Under the pieces are notes generated by a model. The model saw nothing but the letters and a program-made list of their open reading frames with translations, searched no databases and was not told the DNA's origin. A stretch of DNA of 64,000 nucleotides from Terriglobia bacterium. Lineage in GTDB: Bacteria; Acidobacteriota; Terriglobia; Versatilivoradales; Versatilivoraceae. Both the position numbers and the translations under genes were made by a program. Location: NCBI GenBank assembly GCA_041476565.1, contig JBGOTQ010000002.1, positions 773 to 64,772 of the forward strand, read 5' to 3'. Below, piece by piece: positions 1-10,300 of this stretch. The stretch's first letter is position 1; every line of letters begins with the position of its first letter.

Positions 1-46
1 GGAAATGCCGGCAATGCCGGCAGTAGAGCCCCAATGAGGGCTTTTG

Positions 47-314
47 TGAAAATGCAGGCTTCAAGGTGGGCGCCGCGCTCCGTCGCGGCGATCACTCTGG
101 TTTAAACTGGTCGCCGCTCGGGGGACAGCGGTCCCATGATCGGCTCCCACACTCTCCCCAAGACCGCCATTTTCATCGGCGGTGGTGAACTTGAAATAGG
201 TCATGGGGCACTCTCTTGAAAATCTCTGACTTCGTAGGGAACGGACGCCGTTCCGTTCCCTGGACCAAACAGGACCCATAATTCGGAATGGGGAACGCTA
301 CGGCGAGCGTTCCC
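47..314. repeat. Composite structured repeat, copy I. It has a B module (59-90, hairpin gccgcg/cgcggc) and a C module (162-224, core ggtcatggggcactct). Two perfect hairpins follow at 237-260 and 290-314.
   Basis: Sequence blocks are shared with 19041-19210, 22449-22805 and 27308-27483. The minus-strand ORF 61..279 lies across the element, but its reading frame is not conserved between copies, so it is non-coding. Confidence 0.7.
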
Positions 315-428
315 TACCATGTTCATCCGCGGTGGCGCGTTGAGAAATACCCTTTCGCACGATCTGGCAACTTGCTTAGTCCCATTCTCACGGATCGGAG
401 ATCTCCCCCCAAGGCCCTGAGCTTCCTG

Positions 429-2000
429 ATGACCAAGTTCCCTCTAACAGAAGCGGTTCCTCTCCTGCAGGATTACCTGATTCAGTCTGCCCTGCGCATG
501 CCAGAGAAAGTAGCGCTGGTATGCGAGGAACGCCGGGTGACCTACGCGGAGCTTGAGACCCGCTCCAACGCATTGTCACACGGATTGGTTCGCTGTGGCG
601 TCCGGCGGGGTGACCGCGTCATCATCTTTATGGACAACAGTGTGGAGGCGGCCCTTGCCTTCTGGGCAGTCCTAAAGGCTAACGCTGTGGTGTCTGTGGT
701 CAGTCCGCTCACTAAGATTGATAAACTGGCTTACCTTTTGAACGACTGCCAGGCTGTCGCCCTGGTCACCCATGCCGACTTCCTCTCCATAGCCTGCGAG
801 GCGGCTTCCAGGGCTCCGGGACTTAGAAACACAATTGTTGCCGGCAGTCCGAGTGAGGAAATGCTCAAAAATATGCCGGGAGTCTGGAGCTTTGAAGATC
901 TACTTTCCGGCCTGCCCTCTAATCAGACGCCGCCGCGATGCTGCATTGACATTGATCTGGCAGCTATTATCTACACGTCGGGGAGCACGGGCGAACCCAA
1001 GGGGGTGATGCTCTCCCACCGCAACATGCTAACGGCGGCTACTTCCATTGCGGCCTACCTGGAAATCAGCTCGGACGATGTGATTCTTTGTGTCCTGCCA
1101 CTCTCTTTTGACTACGGTCTCTATCAGATGATCATGGCATTCCGGCAGGGCGCCAGGCTGGTTCTGGAACAATCCTTCGCCTTCCCGGCAAAGGTATTGC
1201 AAACGGTTGTTGAGGAGAAGGTGACTGGCTTCCCTGGAGTTCCGACCATCTTTGCGATTTTGGCAGAAATGAAGAATTTGAACGTCTACGATTTCTGCAG
1301 CATTCGTTTTGTTAGCAACACGGCTGCGGCACTCCCACTCAGACAAATTGAGGCCTTAAAGCGGATTTTCCCCCAGGCGAAGATCTTCTCCATGTACGGA
1401 TTGACGGAATGTAAGCGCTGCAGCTACCTGCCTCCGGAAGATCTGGATTGCAAGCCCGACAGTGTCGGTATTGCCATCCCCAACACGGAGCTTTGGGTCG
1501 AAGACGAGAACGGCAATCACTTGGGACCAGGGCAAGTCGGGCAATTGGTGGTTCGCGGGGCTACTGTTATGAAAGGGTATTGGGGGAAACCAGAAGCCAC
1601 TGCCAAGAAGCTTCGCCCCGGGTTGTTCTCCGGCGAGATGGTCCTCCATACCGGAGACTACTGTAAGATGGATGAAGAAGGTTACCTCTATTTCGTTGGG
1701 CGCATGGACGACATCATTAAGTCGCGCGGCGAAAAAGTATCCCCCAGAGAGGTGGAAAACGTCTTGATGAACATTCAAGGGGTGAAAGAGGCAGCCGTCA
1801 TCGGGGTACCGGACGAGGTCCTGGGACAGTCCATCAAGGCTTTTGTAGTACTGGAATCCGGAATGGGCTTGACCGTCAAAGAACTCCAGCGGGAGTGTCT
1901 TCGCCGGCTGGAGAATTTCATGGTGCCCCACGAAATTGAACTGGTACCGGATCTGCCCAAGACCTCGTCCGGAAAGATCAAGAAGACCGGGTTGTCATAA
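429..2000 (+). CDS. AMP-dependent acyl-CoA synthetase/ligase (long-chain fatty acid--CoA ligase family)
   Basis: The AMP-binding signature YTSGSTGEPKG is present, with a C-terminal GEKV...SSGKIKK motif. The six-frame ORF starts at 288, but the first 47 codons translate the hairpin repeats. The ATG at 429 (MTKFPLTEAV...) is the more plausible start. Confidence 0.9.
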   Translation: MTKFPLTEAVPLLQDYLIQSALRMPEKVALVCEERRVTYAELETRSNALSHGLVRCGVRRGDRVIIFMDNSVEAALAFWAVLKANAVVSVVSPLTKIDKLAYLLNDCQAVALVTHADFLSIACEAASRAPGLRNTIVAGSPSEEMLKNMPGVWSFEDLLSGLPSNQTPPRCCIDIDLAAIIYTSGSTGEPKGVMLSHRNMLTAATSIAAYLEISSDDVILCVLPLSFDYGLYQMIMAFRQGARLVLEQSFAFPAKVLQTVVEEKVTGFPGVPTIFAILAEMKNLNVYDFCSIRFVSNTAAALPLRQIEALKRIFPQAKIFSMYGLTECKRCSYLPPEDLDCKPDSVGIAIPNTELWVEDENGNHLGPGQVGQLVVRGATVMKGYWGKPEATAKKLRPGLFSGEMVLHTGDYCKMDEEGYLYFVGRMDDIIKSRGEKVSPREVENVLMNIQGVKEAAVIGVPDEVLGQSIKAFVVLESGMGLTVKELQRECLRRLENFMVPHEIELVPDLPKTSSGKIKKTGLS

Positions 2001-2082
2001 GGCGGGTTAACCCTGTCTGTAAGTCCGACGCACGGGTGCAATCAAATAAACGGAACCCAATCGGTTAGAGAATAATAGGCGC

Positions 2083-3075
2083 ATGCCGAGTGACAGCCAC
2101 ACCCGAATATTGAATCTGTTGATGTCGGCAGCAGTTCCGAATGCGGAACGCGAAAGTGATCTGATCCTCCAATCTGCTCGTGACGATCTTCATGCCATGG
2201 AAATGGCAACTGACCGACTCAAGGGGATTCCGTTGGCGTATCTTCTAGAGAGGCAGAACTTCCTGGGAATTGAATTTCTGGTGGATCGTGGTGTGTTGAT
2301 CCCCCGGCCCGAGACGGAATTGCTTGCGAGGACTGCCATTCAATATCTGCAAACCCAACATAGCCTTCCCTCAGTGGAGGGAAAGAAGGAAGGAATTTCG
2401 CCGGGGCAGGGGAACCGGCCTGCAGGATTGTTTCTATCCGGATCGCCCGAGGGTCCGGCGGCTTCTCTCAGGATTTCCCGGGACAAGACAATGAAATCAA
2501 ACTCCGCCAACCCGGAGTCCAGGGGAGACGAAGCGGTTCGCTCCGACCGGCAACTGCGTCTCGTTGATATGTGCAGCGGGGCTGGCAATCTTGCTTGTGC
2601 ACTAGCCTTGAATCTGCCCGGAGCCCATGTGTGGGCAGCTGATATTGCCCAGAACTCTGTCTCATTGGCGCGCCGCAACGTGGCGCGCCTCGGCCTGGAT
2701 GGACAAGTCGAGGTTTTCCAAGGGGACTATTTCACGGCTTTTGATGGTGTTGGCCTGGAGAGCACCATCGATGCAATAGTCTGCAACCCTCCCTATATTC
2801 CGACGATCAAGTTGGACGAAGAAAGGCTTGAACTCTACCGGCACGAACCTCGCGAGGCCTTTGATGGCGGGCCTTATGGGCTTTCTGCTCATCTCCAGGT
2901 CCTGCGGCAAGCTGCAGCTTTCCTGCGGCCCGGCGGAGCTTTGTTTTGCGAGTTCGGTATAAAGCAAGGGCCCCAAATTCGGGGACTGTTCAAGCTGACC
3001 CGAAGTTATGAGCGATTTGAATTGATTAATGACGAACAGGGGGAACCCCGCGTGTTTCTCGCGGTCAACAGATGA
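2083..3075 (+). CDS. HemK-family protein-(glutamine-N5) methyltransferase (release-factor methyltransferase-like)
   Basis: The NPPY motif (VCNPPYIPT) and SAM motif I (VDMCSGAGNLA) are present. A low-complexity insertion of about 75 aa (SVEGKKEGISPGQG...SRDKTMKSNSANPESRGDE) is unusual for the family. Confidence 0.7.
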   Translation: MPSDSHTRILNLLMSAAVPNAERESDLILQSARDDLHAMEMATDRLKGIPLAYLLERQNFLGIEFLVDRGVLIPRPETELLARTAIQYLQTQHSLPSVEGKKEGISPGQGNRPAGLFLSGSPEGPAASLRISRDKTMKSNSANPESRGDEAVRSDRQLRLVDMCSGAGNLACALALNLPGAHVWAADIAQNSVSLARRNVARLGLDGQVEVFQGDYFTAFDGVGLESTIDAIVCNPPYIPTIKLDEERLELYRHEPREAFDGGPYGLSAHLQVLRQAAAFLRPGGALFCEFGIKQGPQIRGLFKLTRSYERFELINDEQGEPRVFLAVNR

Positions 3076-4064
3076 TTATGGCCAGCAAGGAATTCTTCGA
3101 AAATGCCCTCAAGATCGACGCCCCGGAAGTATGTGCGAAAATCAAGCGGGTCCTTCGCGATCAGGTAGGTCGGCAATTCAAGAAGAAGGGTATCGTGGTG
3201 GCTGTATCCGGCGGGATCGACAGCAGTGTCACGGTGGCACTCAGTGCCATGGCACTGGGGCGCGAACGGGTCCTTGCCTTGCTGATGCCGGAGCACGAGT
3301 CGTCGGACGAGAGCCTGAGTCTGGGATCGTTACTTGCCGGGCACCTAGGAATTGAGACCGTGGTGGAAGACATTGGCCCGCTGCTTGAGGCGGCTGGATG
3401 CTATCGCCGCCGCGATGCCGCCATTCGAACCCAGGTTCCGGAGTTCGGCCCCGGCTATCGATGCAAGATAGTTCTGACAAACGTTCTCGAGCGGGACGGA
3501 TTCAATTTCTTCCACCTGGTGGTGGAATCCGACAAGGGGATTCAGACCAAGATCCGGTTGAACGCTCAGACTTACCTGGAAATCGTGGCGGCCACCAACA
3601 TGAAACAGCGCAGCCGGAAATTCTTTGAATATTACCATGCCGACCGCCTGAACTACGCCGTGGCCGGCACGCCCAACCGGCTTGAATATGACCTCGGGTT
3701 CTTCGTAAAGAATGGCGATGGGGCTGCTGATCTCAAACCCATTGCCCACTTATATAAATGCCAGGTTTACCAACTGGCCGCCCATTTGAATATCCCTGCC
3801 GAAATCCAGCAGCGCCCCCCCACCACCGACACTTACTCCCTGCCCCAATCCCAGGAGGAGTTTTACTTTTCTCTCCCCTACGAGCAAATGGATATGTGCC
3901 TGTATGCTCGGGACCATGGATTGGCGCCGGCCGAAGTAGCCCCTGCCATTGGACTCACCCCCAAGCAGGTGGAACGGGTCTACCAGGACATCGATCGAAA
4001 ACGGTCTGTGGCCCATTATCTCCACGCTGCACCGCTCCTGATCGAAGAGATTTCACCCAAGTAG
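3072..4064 (+). CDS. nadE: NH3-dependent NAD+ synthetase
   Basis: The PP-loop SGGIDSS is present and the overall architecture is NadE-like. The start overlaps the upstream stop codon (ATGA). Confidence 0.85.
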   Translation: MIMASKEFFENALKIDAPEVCAKIKRVLRDQVGRQFKKKGIVVAVSGGIDSSVTVALSAMALGRERVLALLMPEHESSDESLSLGSLLAGHLGIETVVEDIGPLLEAAGCYRRRDAAIRTQVPEFGPGYRCKIVLTNVLERDGFNFFHLVVESDKGIQTKIRLNAQTYLEIVAATNMKQRSRKFFEYYHADRLNYAVAGTPNRLEYDLGFFVKNGDGAADLKPIAHLYKCQVYQLAAHLNIPAEIQQRPPTTDTYSLPQSQEEFYFSLPYEQMDMCLYARDHGLAPAEVAPAIGLTPKQVERVYQDIDRKRSVAHYLHAAPLLIEEISPK

Positions 4065-4200
4065 ACAACTCCATCCCTTCCGTTTTTCTTTCCAAGATTC
4101 ACCTGACCTGGTGACGGCACGCCAATGCAGCGTGTCAAACTCAAATCACGGCGTGGCGGACCAAGCCGGGACCCCAAAAAGGTTGGTTGTCAAACCGGGT

Positions 4201-4407
4201 TCATCGCTTCTTGTGGTTGTAGCTGGCGAGTTTCTTATTGAGGGTGTTGCGGTGAATGCCCATCACCTTGGCGGCTTTGGTTTGGTTTCCATTGCATTTT
4301 TCCAGGGCATTCAATATGAATTTCTTTTCGAATTCACTGACAGCTTCTTCAAAAAGCAAACCCTTGTCGATCATTTGGTTAATAAGTGCTTCCAGTTGGT
4401 CTTTCAC
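4201..4407 (-). CDS. Fis-family helix-turn-helix DNA-binding protein
   Basis: The 68-aa product has a C-terminal HTH_8-like sequence, QTKAAKVMGIHRNTLNKKL. Confidence 0.65.
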   Translation of the reverse strand: MKDQLEALINQMIDKGLLFEEAVSEFEKKFILNALEKCNGNQTKAAKVMGIHRNTLNKKLASYNHKKR

Positions 4408-4450
4408 GACGAGCTCCAGAGATCATGAGAACGGGAAAGTAATATTGAGC

Positions 4451-4972
4451 CTATTGTGATTGCCAGATTTTTTGGATCTGGTGATACCCATCCAGGAACT
4501 TGCTTTTCAATTCCCTGGGAACAACGAAAGAAATCACACGTGCCCCGACCAGCAGGTATGGGGCAAACCTGGATTTCTCCACACTCCCCAGTTTTACCGG
4601 GAAAGCCGTTAGCATCATAAACAGAATCGAACCGATCAGCCATCCCCTGAGGAGTCCAAAGGCAGCACCGAGGAAGCGGTCATACCACTGGAGGCTGGCC
4701 ATTTGCAGGAACTTTCCGACCGCGAAGGAAATGACTGCTCCCGCCAAAATACAGCCTACAAAAATGGTAATGAAGCCCAGCAGATTCGCGATGTCCGTAG
4801 TCTTCACGAAATCCGCATAAATGTGGGCAGCCGACGGGAAGAACCAACACGCCAGTACTAACCCGATCAGGACTGAAGCCAGGGCAATCACTTCCCGCGA
4901 AAATCCCTTGCTGATCCCGCCAGCAACAGAAACCACCAAGATTACCACAAACAGCCAGTCAAGAAGAGTCAT
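4451..4972 (-). CDS. cvpA: CvpA-family membrane protein (colicin V production protein-like)
   Basis: It has four TM helices and a CvpA-like N-terminus, MTLLDWLFVVILVVSV... Confidence 0.65.
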   Translation of the reverse strand: MTLLDWLFVVILVVSVAGGISKGFSREVIALASVLIGLVLACWFFPSAAHIYADFVKTTDIANLLGFITIFVGCILAGAVISFAVGKFLQMASLQWYDRFLGAAFGLLRGWLIGSILFMMLTAFPVKLGSVEKSRFAPYLLVGARVISFVVPRELKSKFLDGYHQIQKIWQSQ

Positions 4973-5206
4973 TGACGCAATGAGGGACTTTTTTATCTGG
5001 TCTAAACGGCCTGAACCGTAATGCTGAATTGACGGAGGAGAATGTCGTCGTCCGAATTCAACACGGGGAAACCCTCTTCCCGCCCCCGAATGAGTAAATT
5101 GTAGCGTGGACCGGAACTACAGGTCCACGGCTTCTAAAAGCCGGCCTGAGAGAGACGCTGCGACGGAGCGACAGCGGTCGCGCAGCGCGGCGCCTCCCTT
5201 TTCAGG

Positions 5207-6106
5207 TCACCTGCCACGAGAGAAAGCCTCCCGCCTGGCCAGCAGTTCGTCGAGCATTTCCCGCCCGCGATTTCTTACCGACCCAAACTGGACGCGTGGC
5301 TTCACCTTCCCATGAAAATCGGAGCCAGCCGTAACCACTAGCCGGTAACGGCCAGCCCATTCAGAGAACTTCTTTGTTTCCGCTGAGTCGTGATACGAAG
5401 AATATACTTCCAGCCCGTCCAGACCCCCTCTGACAAAGATCCCCAGCGTGACCTCATCCGCCTGAAAAGCAGGCGCTCCCGGATGGGCCAGCACAGGGAT
5501 GCCACCCGCCCTTTTAATTAATCCGAACGCCTCCAACGTGCCGATCTCTTCAGCCTCAGCGTAAGCTGGCCGGCCTTCTTCAAAGTAGTCGCGGTAAAAA
5601 CGAATGGCTCGTCCTTCGGATTTATCGCCGGTCAGGTATGGCTCGAGCCTGGGATCTTTCTGGTTCGAGGCTTTTGACAATACAGCCTCTGCGATGGACG
5701 GCCCCACAGGGACCGAGTTACCGTTCCGTTCCGCAACCTCTTCATAGCTCACATCGAAGCCCAGTTCCCTCAGTCTCTCAACCCGGCCCATGGCCTGCCT
5801 GATCCTGGCTAGCAACTGGGTCTCCAGGACCTCGTGCAGCTGCGGATTCCGCGGATCTACGAACGGCGCCAGCACGTGATAGGACCGCGACTGATACCGG
5901 GTGCTGAACTCCACCGAGGGAATCAGTTCAATCCCGAACTCACGAGACAGAGCCTCACCCTCTTCCAGGGCGCCAACTGTATCATGATCGGAGATCGAGA
6001 AAGCCGACAGTCCGGTATGCCTGGCCAGCTCAAATAACTGGCGCGGCACACAATCGGCGTCGCTCGAGTAAGAGGAATGGACATGAAGGTCGACGAAAGA
6101 CTCCAT
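5207..6106 (-). CDS. PHP-domain phosphoesterase (TrpH/YciV-like)
   Basis: The PHP motif DLHVHSSYSSDADC is N-terminal, with conserved His/Asp residues throughout. Confidence 0.8.
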   Translation of the reverse strand: MESFVDLHVHSSYSSDADCVPRQLFELARHTGLSAFSISDHDTVGALEEGEALSREFGIELIPSVEFSTRYQSRSYHVLAPFVDPRNPQLHEVLETQLLARIRQAMGRVERLRELGFDVSYEEVAERNGNSVPVGPSIAEAVLSKASNQKDPRLEPYLTGDKSEGRAIRFYRDYFEEGRPAYAEAEEIGTLEAFGLIKRAGGIPVLAHPGAPAFQADEVTLGIFVRGGLDGLEVYSSYHDSAETKKFSEWAGRYRLVVTAGSDFHGKVKPRVQFGSVRNRGREMLDELLARREAFSRGR

Positions 6107-6113
6107 CGGTGTT

Positions 6114-7028
6114 TTAAAGATTCCTTCCCGTCAGAAGTTGAAAGGCTTCCTGATATTTCTTGCTGGTTGCTTCCACCACCCAGTCAGGCAACGATGGGGC
6201 CGGCGGCTGCTTGTTCCAGCGAATCTCCTCCAGGTAGTCCCTCACAAACTGTTTGTCAAAGGACTGCTGAGACCGGCCGGGAGCATACTCAGACGCTGGC
6301 CAGAAACGGGATGAGTCTGGCGTCAGCACTTCATCGATAAGGAGGACCTGGTCCTCGTAGACGCCAAACTCGAACTTTGTATCGGCAATGAGGATTCCTC
6401 TGGTGGCCGCATACTCGACAGTTTTTTGATAGATCTGCAAAGTATAATCCCGCAATTGGCGGGCGATTTCGCCCCCTACTATAGTTGCCGCCTCTTCAAA
6501 TGAAATGTTTTCATCGTGGCCGCTGGTAGCCTTTGTGGCAGGGGTAAACAGCGGTTGCGGGAGCCGGGAAGACTCCTTCAAGCCTGCCGGCAAGGAAATC
6601 CCGCAGACCGTCTGCCGGGTTTGGTATTCTTTCCATCCCGATCCCGCCAGATAGCCCCGCGCCACGCACTCCACCGGAAAAGGCAGTGCACGGTTCACCA
6701 ACATGGACCGCCCTTCCAGTTGGTCGGCGTACTTCTGCAGTCCATCAGGGAACTCACGGACTTCTGCCGTAACCAGGTGGTTGGGGACGATATCCTTTAC
6801 CATGTTCAACCAGAACAGCGACATCTGGGTAAGGATTCTTCCCTTGTTAGGAATCCCGCTGCCCAAGATGAAATCAAATGCCGAAATCCGGTCCGTTGCA
6901 ATAATTAACAGGTGACCATCAACTGCATAAATGTCCCGGACTTTTCCACGGCCCACCAGCTCAAAATCAGACAAATCAGCCTGCAGCAGGACGTTAGAAT
7001 GAACCATATCCAGTTCCTTGTCAGACAA
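6114..7028 (-). CDS. purC: phosphoribosylaminoimidazole-succinocarboxamide synthase (SAICAR synthetase)
   Basis: The GKVRDIY motif is present at full-length similarity. Reverse-complementing the plus strand shows the start codon is TTG. Confidence 0.9.
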   Translation of the reverse strand: MSDKELDMVHSNVLLQADLSDFELVGRGKVRDIYAVDGHLLIIATDRISAFDFILGSGIPNKGRILTQMSLFWLNMVKDIVPNHLVTAEVREFPDGLQKYADQLEGRSMLVNRALPFPVECVARGYLAGSGWKEYQTRQTVCGISLPAGLKESSRLPQPLFTPATKATSGHDENISFEEAATIVGGEIARQLRDYTLQIYQKTVEYAATRGILIADTKFEFGVYEDQVLLIDEVLTPDSSRFWPASEYAPGRSQQSFDKQFVRDYLEEIRWNKQPPAPSLPDWVVEATSKKYQEAFQLLTGRNL

Positions 7029-7205
7029 TTTATAACCACTGCGTGACTGGGAATTTCAAAAAAGGACCAGGCCGGTCCGGAAAGGAAAATCACACCAGCC
7101 AAACTTCACGGCTCACCCTCCACTCATGGTGAAACGCAATTGTAGTACAAAAAGCGCGAATGTCAATTCCGATTAGAAGAGACTGATATTCGCTCAATTA
7201 TTCGA

Positions 7206-7313
7206 GGTCCATGCGGAGCATTGACCCTTCAGATTGGACATTTGTGAAGCGGCAGGAGCCGCAAGGGGCGCCCTGGGTCACCAATTCTCCAGGGTCCATG
7301 CGGAGCAATGACC
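7206..7313 (-). promoter_or_regulatory. Two copies of a 22-nt near-palindromic motif, GGTCCATGCGGAGCA(T/A)TGACCC, flanking a GC hairpin in the smc/purC intergenic region. Possible operator or terminator.
   Basis: The copies lie at 7206-7227 and 7292-7313, with the hairpin GCGGCaggaGCCGC between them. A second hairpin, GGACCaggccGGTCC, lies nearer purC at 7064-7079. Confidence 0.35.
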
Positions 7314-7318
7314 CAATC

Positions 7319-10300
7319 TTACTCGAATTGTACTGACACCAGCTTGGAGACCCCGGCTTCCTGCATGGTGACACCGTAGAGAGTGTCGGCCACCTCCATT
7401 GTCCGCTTGTTGTGGGTGATTACCACAAATTGTGTTCCCGCACTCATTAGCTGGATCATCTGTGAGAAGCGGCTAATATTGACTTCATCGAGAGGGGCAT
7501 CCACTTCATCCAGTACACAGAATGGACTGGGCTGGTACCTGAAAACGGCCAGCAACAAGGCTACGGCTGTCAGAGCCTTCTCCCCTCCTGAGAGGAGCAG
7601 CACATTCTGCAGGCGTTTGCCGGGGGGCTGAGCAATAATCTCGATTCCGCTTTCCAGTTCATCCTGCTCGTCGAGCAGTTTCATCTCCCCGTGCCCTCCG
7701 CCAAACAAGCTCTTGAAACTCTCCTGGAAATTGGCATTGATGGCATTGAAAGCTTCCCGGAATTGCTCGCGAGACACCTGGTCAATCTCTTTAATGGCGG
7801 CGTTAGTGTCGTCAATGGAGTCCAGCAAATCCTGGCGCTGCGTGGTCAGAAAACGAAAGCGCTGGTCACACTCCTGATACTCTTCGAGGGCCATCATATT
7901 CACAGGGCCGATACCTTCGATCCGGCTTTTGAGGTCCAGATGTTCCTGTTCGAGTTGATGAAAGTCTTCCTCAGATAACACGGCACATTCCGGAGAACAG
8001 ATCTCGGTCAGGACGACACCCGTTTCGTCCAAGCAAGCTTGCTGTAAATGTTCGAAATCTGAGGCCAGTTTTGCATGGCCAATTTCCAATTGGGTTTTCT
8101 CATCCTGGGTGGTCTCCAATGCTGTTCGAAGCTGCTGGAGTTCCTGCTCCAGGCCGGCCTGTATTGTCCGGGTTTCTGCCAGCTCATTTTCTCGACCACG
8201 AATGTCGGCTTCCAGGGAGGCTTTCTGAACCGACTGCCGAAAGGCTTCTTCCTCGGTGTTGCGTGAAGATTCTGAGATATCCTTGATTTGCTGAAGCCAC
8301 GAAGCTTTCTGGGCTTCGAGCCGGGAGACCCGGTCCTGGCATTCCTTCAAGCTCGCAGCCAGGCGGTTGAGTTCATTTTCTGCCGACAGTTTGCGTTCTT
8401 TGAATGTGGCGAGGTCCGAGCGGAGTTCGCTGAGGGTTTGAGAATCCTGGCTGGCCTGATCCTTCAGTTGTCTCAGGCTGCTCTGTTGCTCGGCGATGAG
8501 ATTCTCGATCTCATTCTTAGCTGCATCGGTAGCGGTAATCTCCTTTTCATGCTGCGCCTTCTGCTCTCGTATCTGAATTGTCTCTCCTTCAATCCGCTGC
8601 AACTCCAGTCTTGCCAGCTCCTCTCTCCGCGTCAAGCGGTCTAATTCACTCTCTAATTGCTTCACTTGAAGTTCGGATCCGACCAATGCTTTATCGAGCT
8701 CCTGGGTCTGATCACGAACGTCATTAAACTCGGCTTCTACAGACTGGATGGATTGACGAAGGATTTGGAGCGCCTCCTCCTTAACTGCGATTTCTTTTCG
8801 TAAGGAGTCAACTCTTCGGTTCAGCTCCCGGATTTCCCGTTTCAGAGAGAGGTGCCCACCGGAAGTCCTGCCTCCTCCGGAAATGAGCCGGCCGCGGACC
8901 ATTTCACCCTCGGCGGTTAAAAAGATCAACTGTGGGTAGATTTGGGCAAGTTCCCAGGCCCGCTGGTAATTCGGCACGATGAAAGCTTGCCGCAAATGAG
9001 GCAGAGCTTCGTGGGCTGCCGTGCGAATAGGCTCGGGAAACTTGACGATCGTGGTGAGAGGGATGGCGGAGGCCTCCTGTTGCGCCAATTCAGAGACTTG
9101 GGCTTCCCAGTCTGCCAACACTCCTTTTCCCCCGTTTCCCCAAAGCAGGAATGTACTCTTTCCGGCGCCCTTCTTACGCAGGAGGCTGATGCCGCCTGCG
9201 GCTTCCGAAGCGTGTTCGACCAGGAGATATTCCAGCTCCTGTTTTAGGAAATCTTCTACAGTCGCTTCATACGGAGGGTCCACTTCGACCAAGTCGGCCA
9301 GGATGCCAGAGGTCCGAAACCCGTCTCCGGCCGCGTCATTCGCCGCCGCCAGTAGGACCCGGACCGCTTCGGTGCTGTAGGCATGATGGGCAGCCAGTTC
9401 GTTTAGGGATTCCAGCCTATGCGAACTGGCGCTGAACTTCTCTTTCCTGTCACTCAGACCTTCGACAATGGATGCTTCCTGGCTCTTGAGTTCCGAGAGT
9501 TTCTGAGCCAGCACTGTGCCGGTCTCACGAAGGTGTTTCAGACGCCGGGAATGTTGTTCAAACTGCTGGCGAGATGCCTCGAGATCTCCCGCCATCAGTT
9601 CCTGGCTGGCGACGGTCTCGGCCTTCTCAGCTTTCAAGCGCGCAATTTGCTGTTGGAACCGCTTTTCCAGTTCGTCGAGTTGGACCAGTTGATTGCGGAG
9701 AGCCGCGGCGCGCCCGACCGAATCCAAGAGTTGAGACCGGTACTGGTCGTCCGAGGATTCCAGTTCCTGGATGCGGATCTGCAGGCCTTGTGAAAAAGAA
9801 TTTTGGGCTTGAAATTCAAACTGAACCCTGTCGAATGTCCCGTTGGCTTCCAGCAAGGCCTTCTGTTTTTGGTCGAATTCCTCCAGATAAACCTGCTCCT
9901 GCTGATGCAGTCGTTCGATCTCCAGGCTGTTTTCCTGAGATCGGGACTCCAAATCCCTTAATTGTTCCCTCTGGTACTGGACCCTCTGCTGGGCCCGCTC
10001 CAGTTCTACATTTAGCAGGGCCAGCTGTTCACGCAGCTGTTTCAATTGATCGTCCTTCTGCAGCAGCGCAAGGTTGTTCTGACGGTAGGCATTTTCCTCG
10101 TCCAGGATCTCCTGATGTTGCCGGCGGTACTGCTCGGTGATATTTCTAAGCACTTGATCGTTCTGCCTGATGAGGGCTTGCAGGTTCATCTCTCGTGCAA
10201 CAAACAGCCGCCTTGAAATGTCCCGCATCTTCTCCCGGAGTTCGCCATAGCGGCGAGCCCTGGCAGCCTGGCGTTTCAAGGAGTTTAACTGTTTGCTGAC

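Noticed and set aside
61-279. Minus-strand ORFs across the repeat elements (61..279 and 22450..22947), and the N-terminal extensions of ORFs 288.. and 22747...
   Set aside because: The same nucleotide motif is read in different frames in different copies, with a 1-nt indel between copy I and copy III. The sequence is conserved, not the peptide, so these are non-coding repeats.
1029-1931. Antisense ORFs of 105-191 aa inside the acyl-CoA synthetase gene, plus similar antisense ORFs inside smc such as 9574..10140.
   Set aside because: These are typical high-GC antisense open frames with no motifs, fully embedded in strongly supported genes.
7029-7318. A ZTP or purine riboswitch upstream of purC.
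   Set aside because: The repeated motif does not match the pfl/ZTP or purine riboswitch consensus, and the pseudoknot and junction nucleotides are absent.
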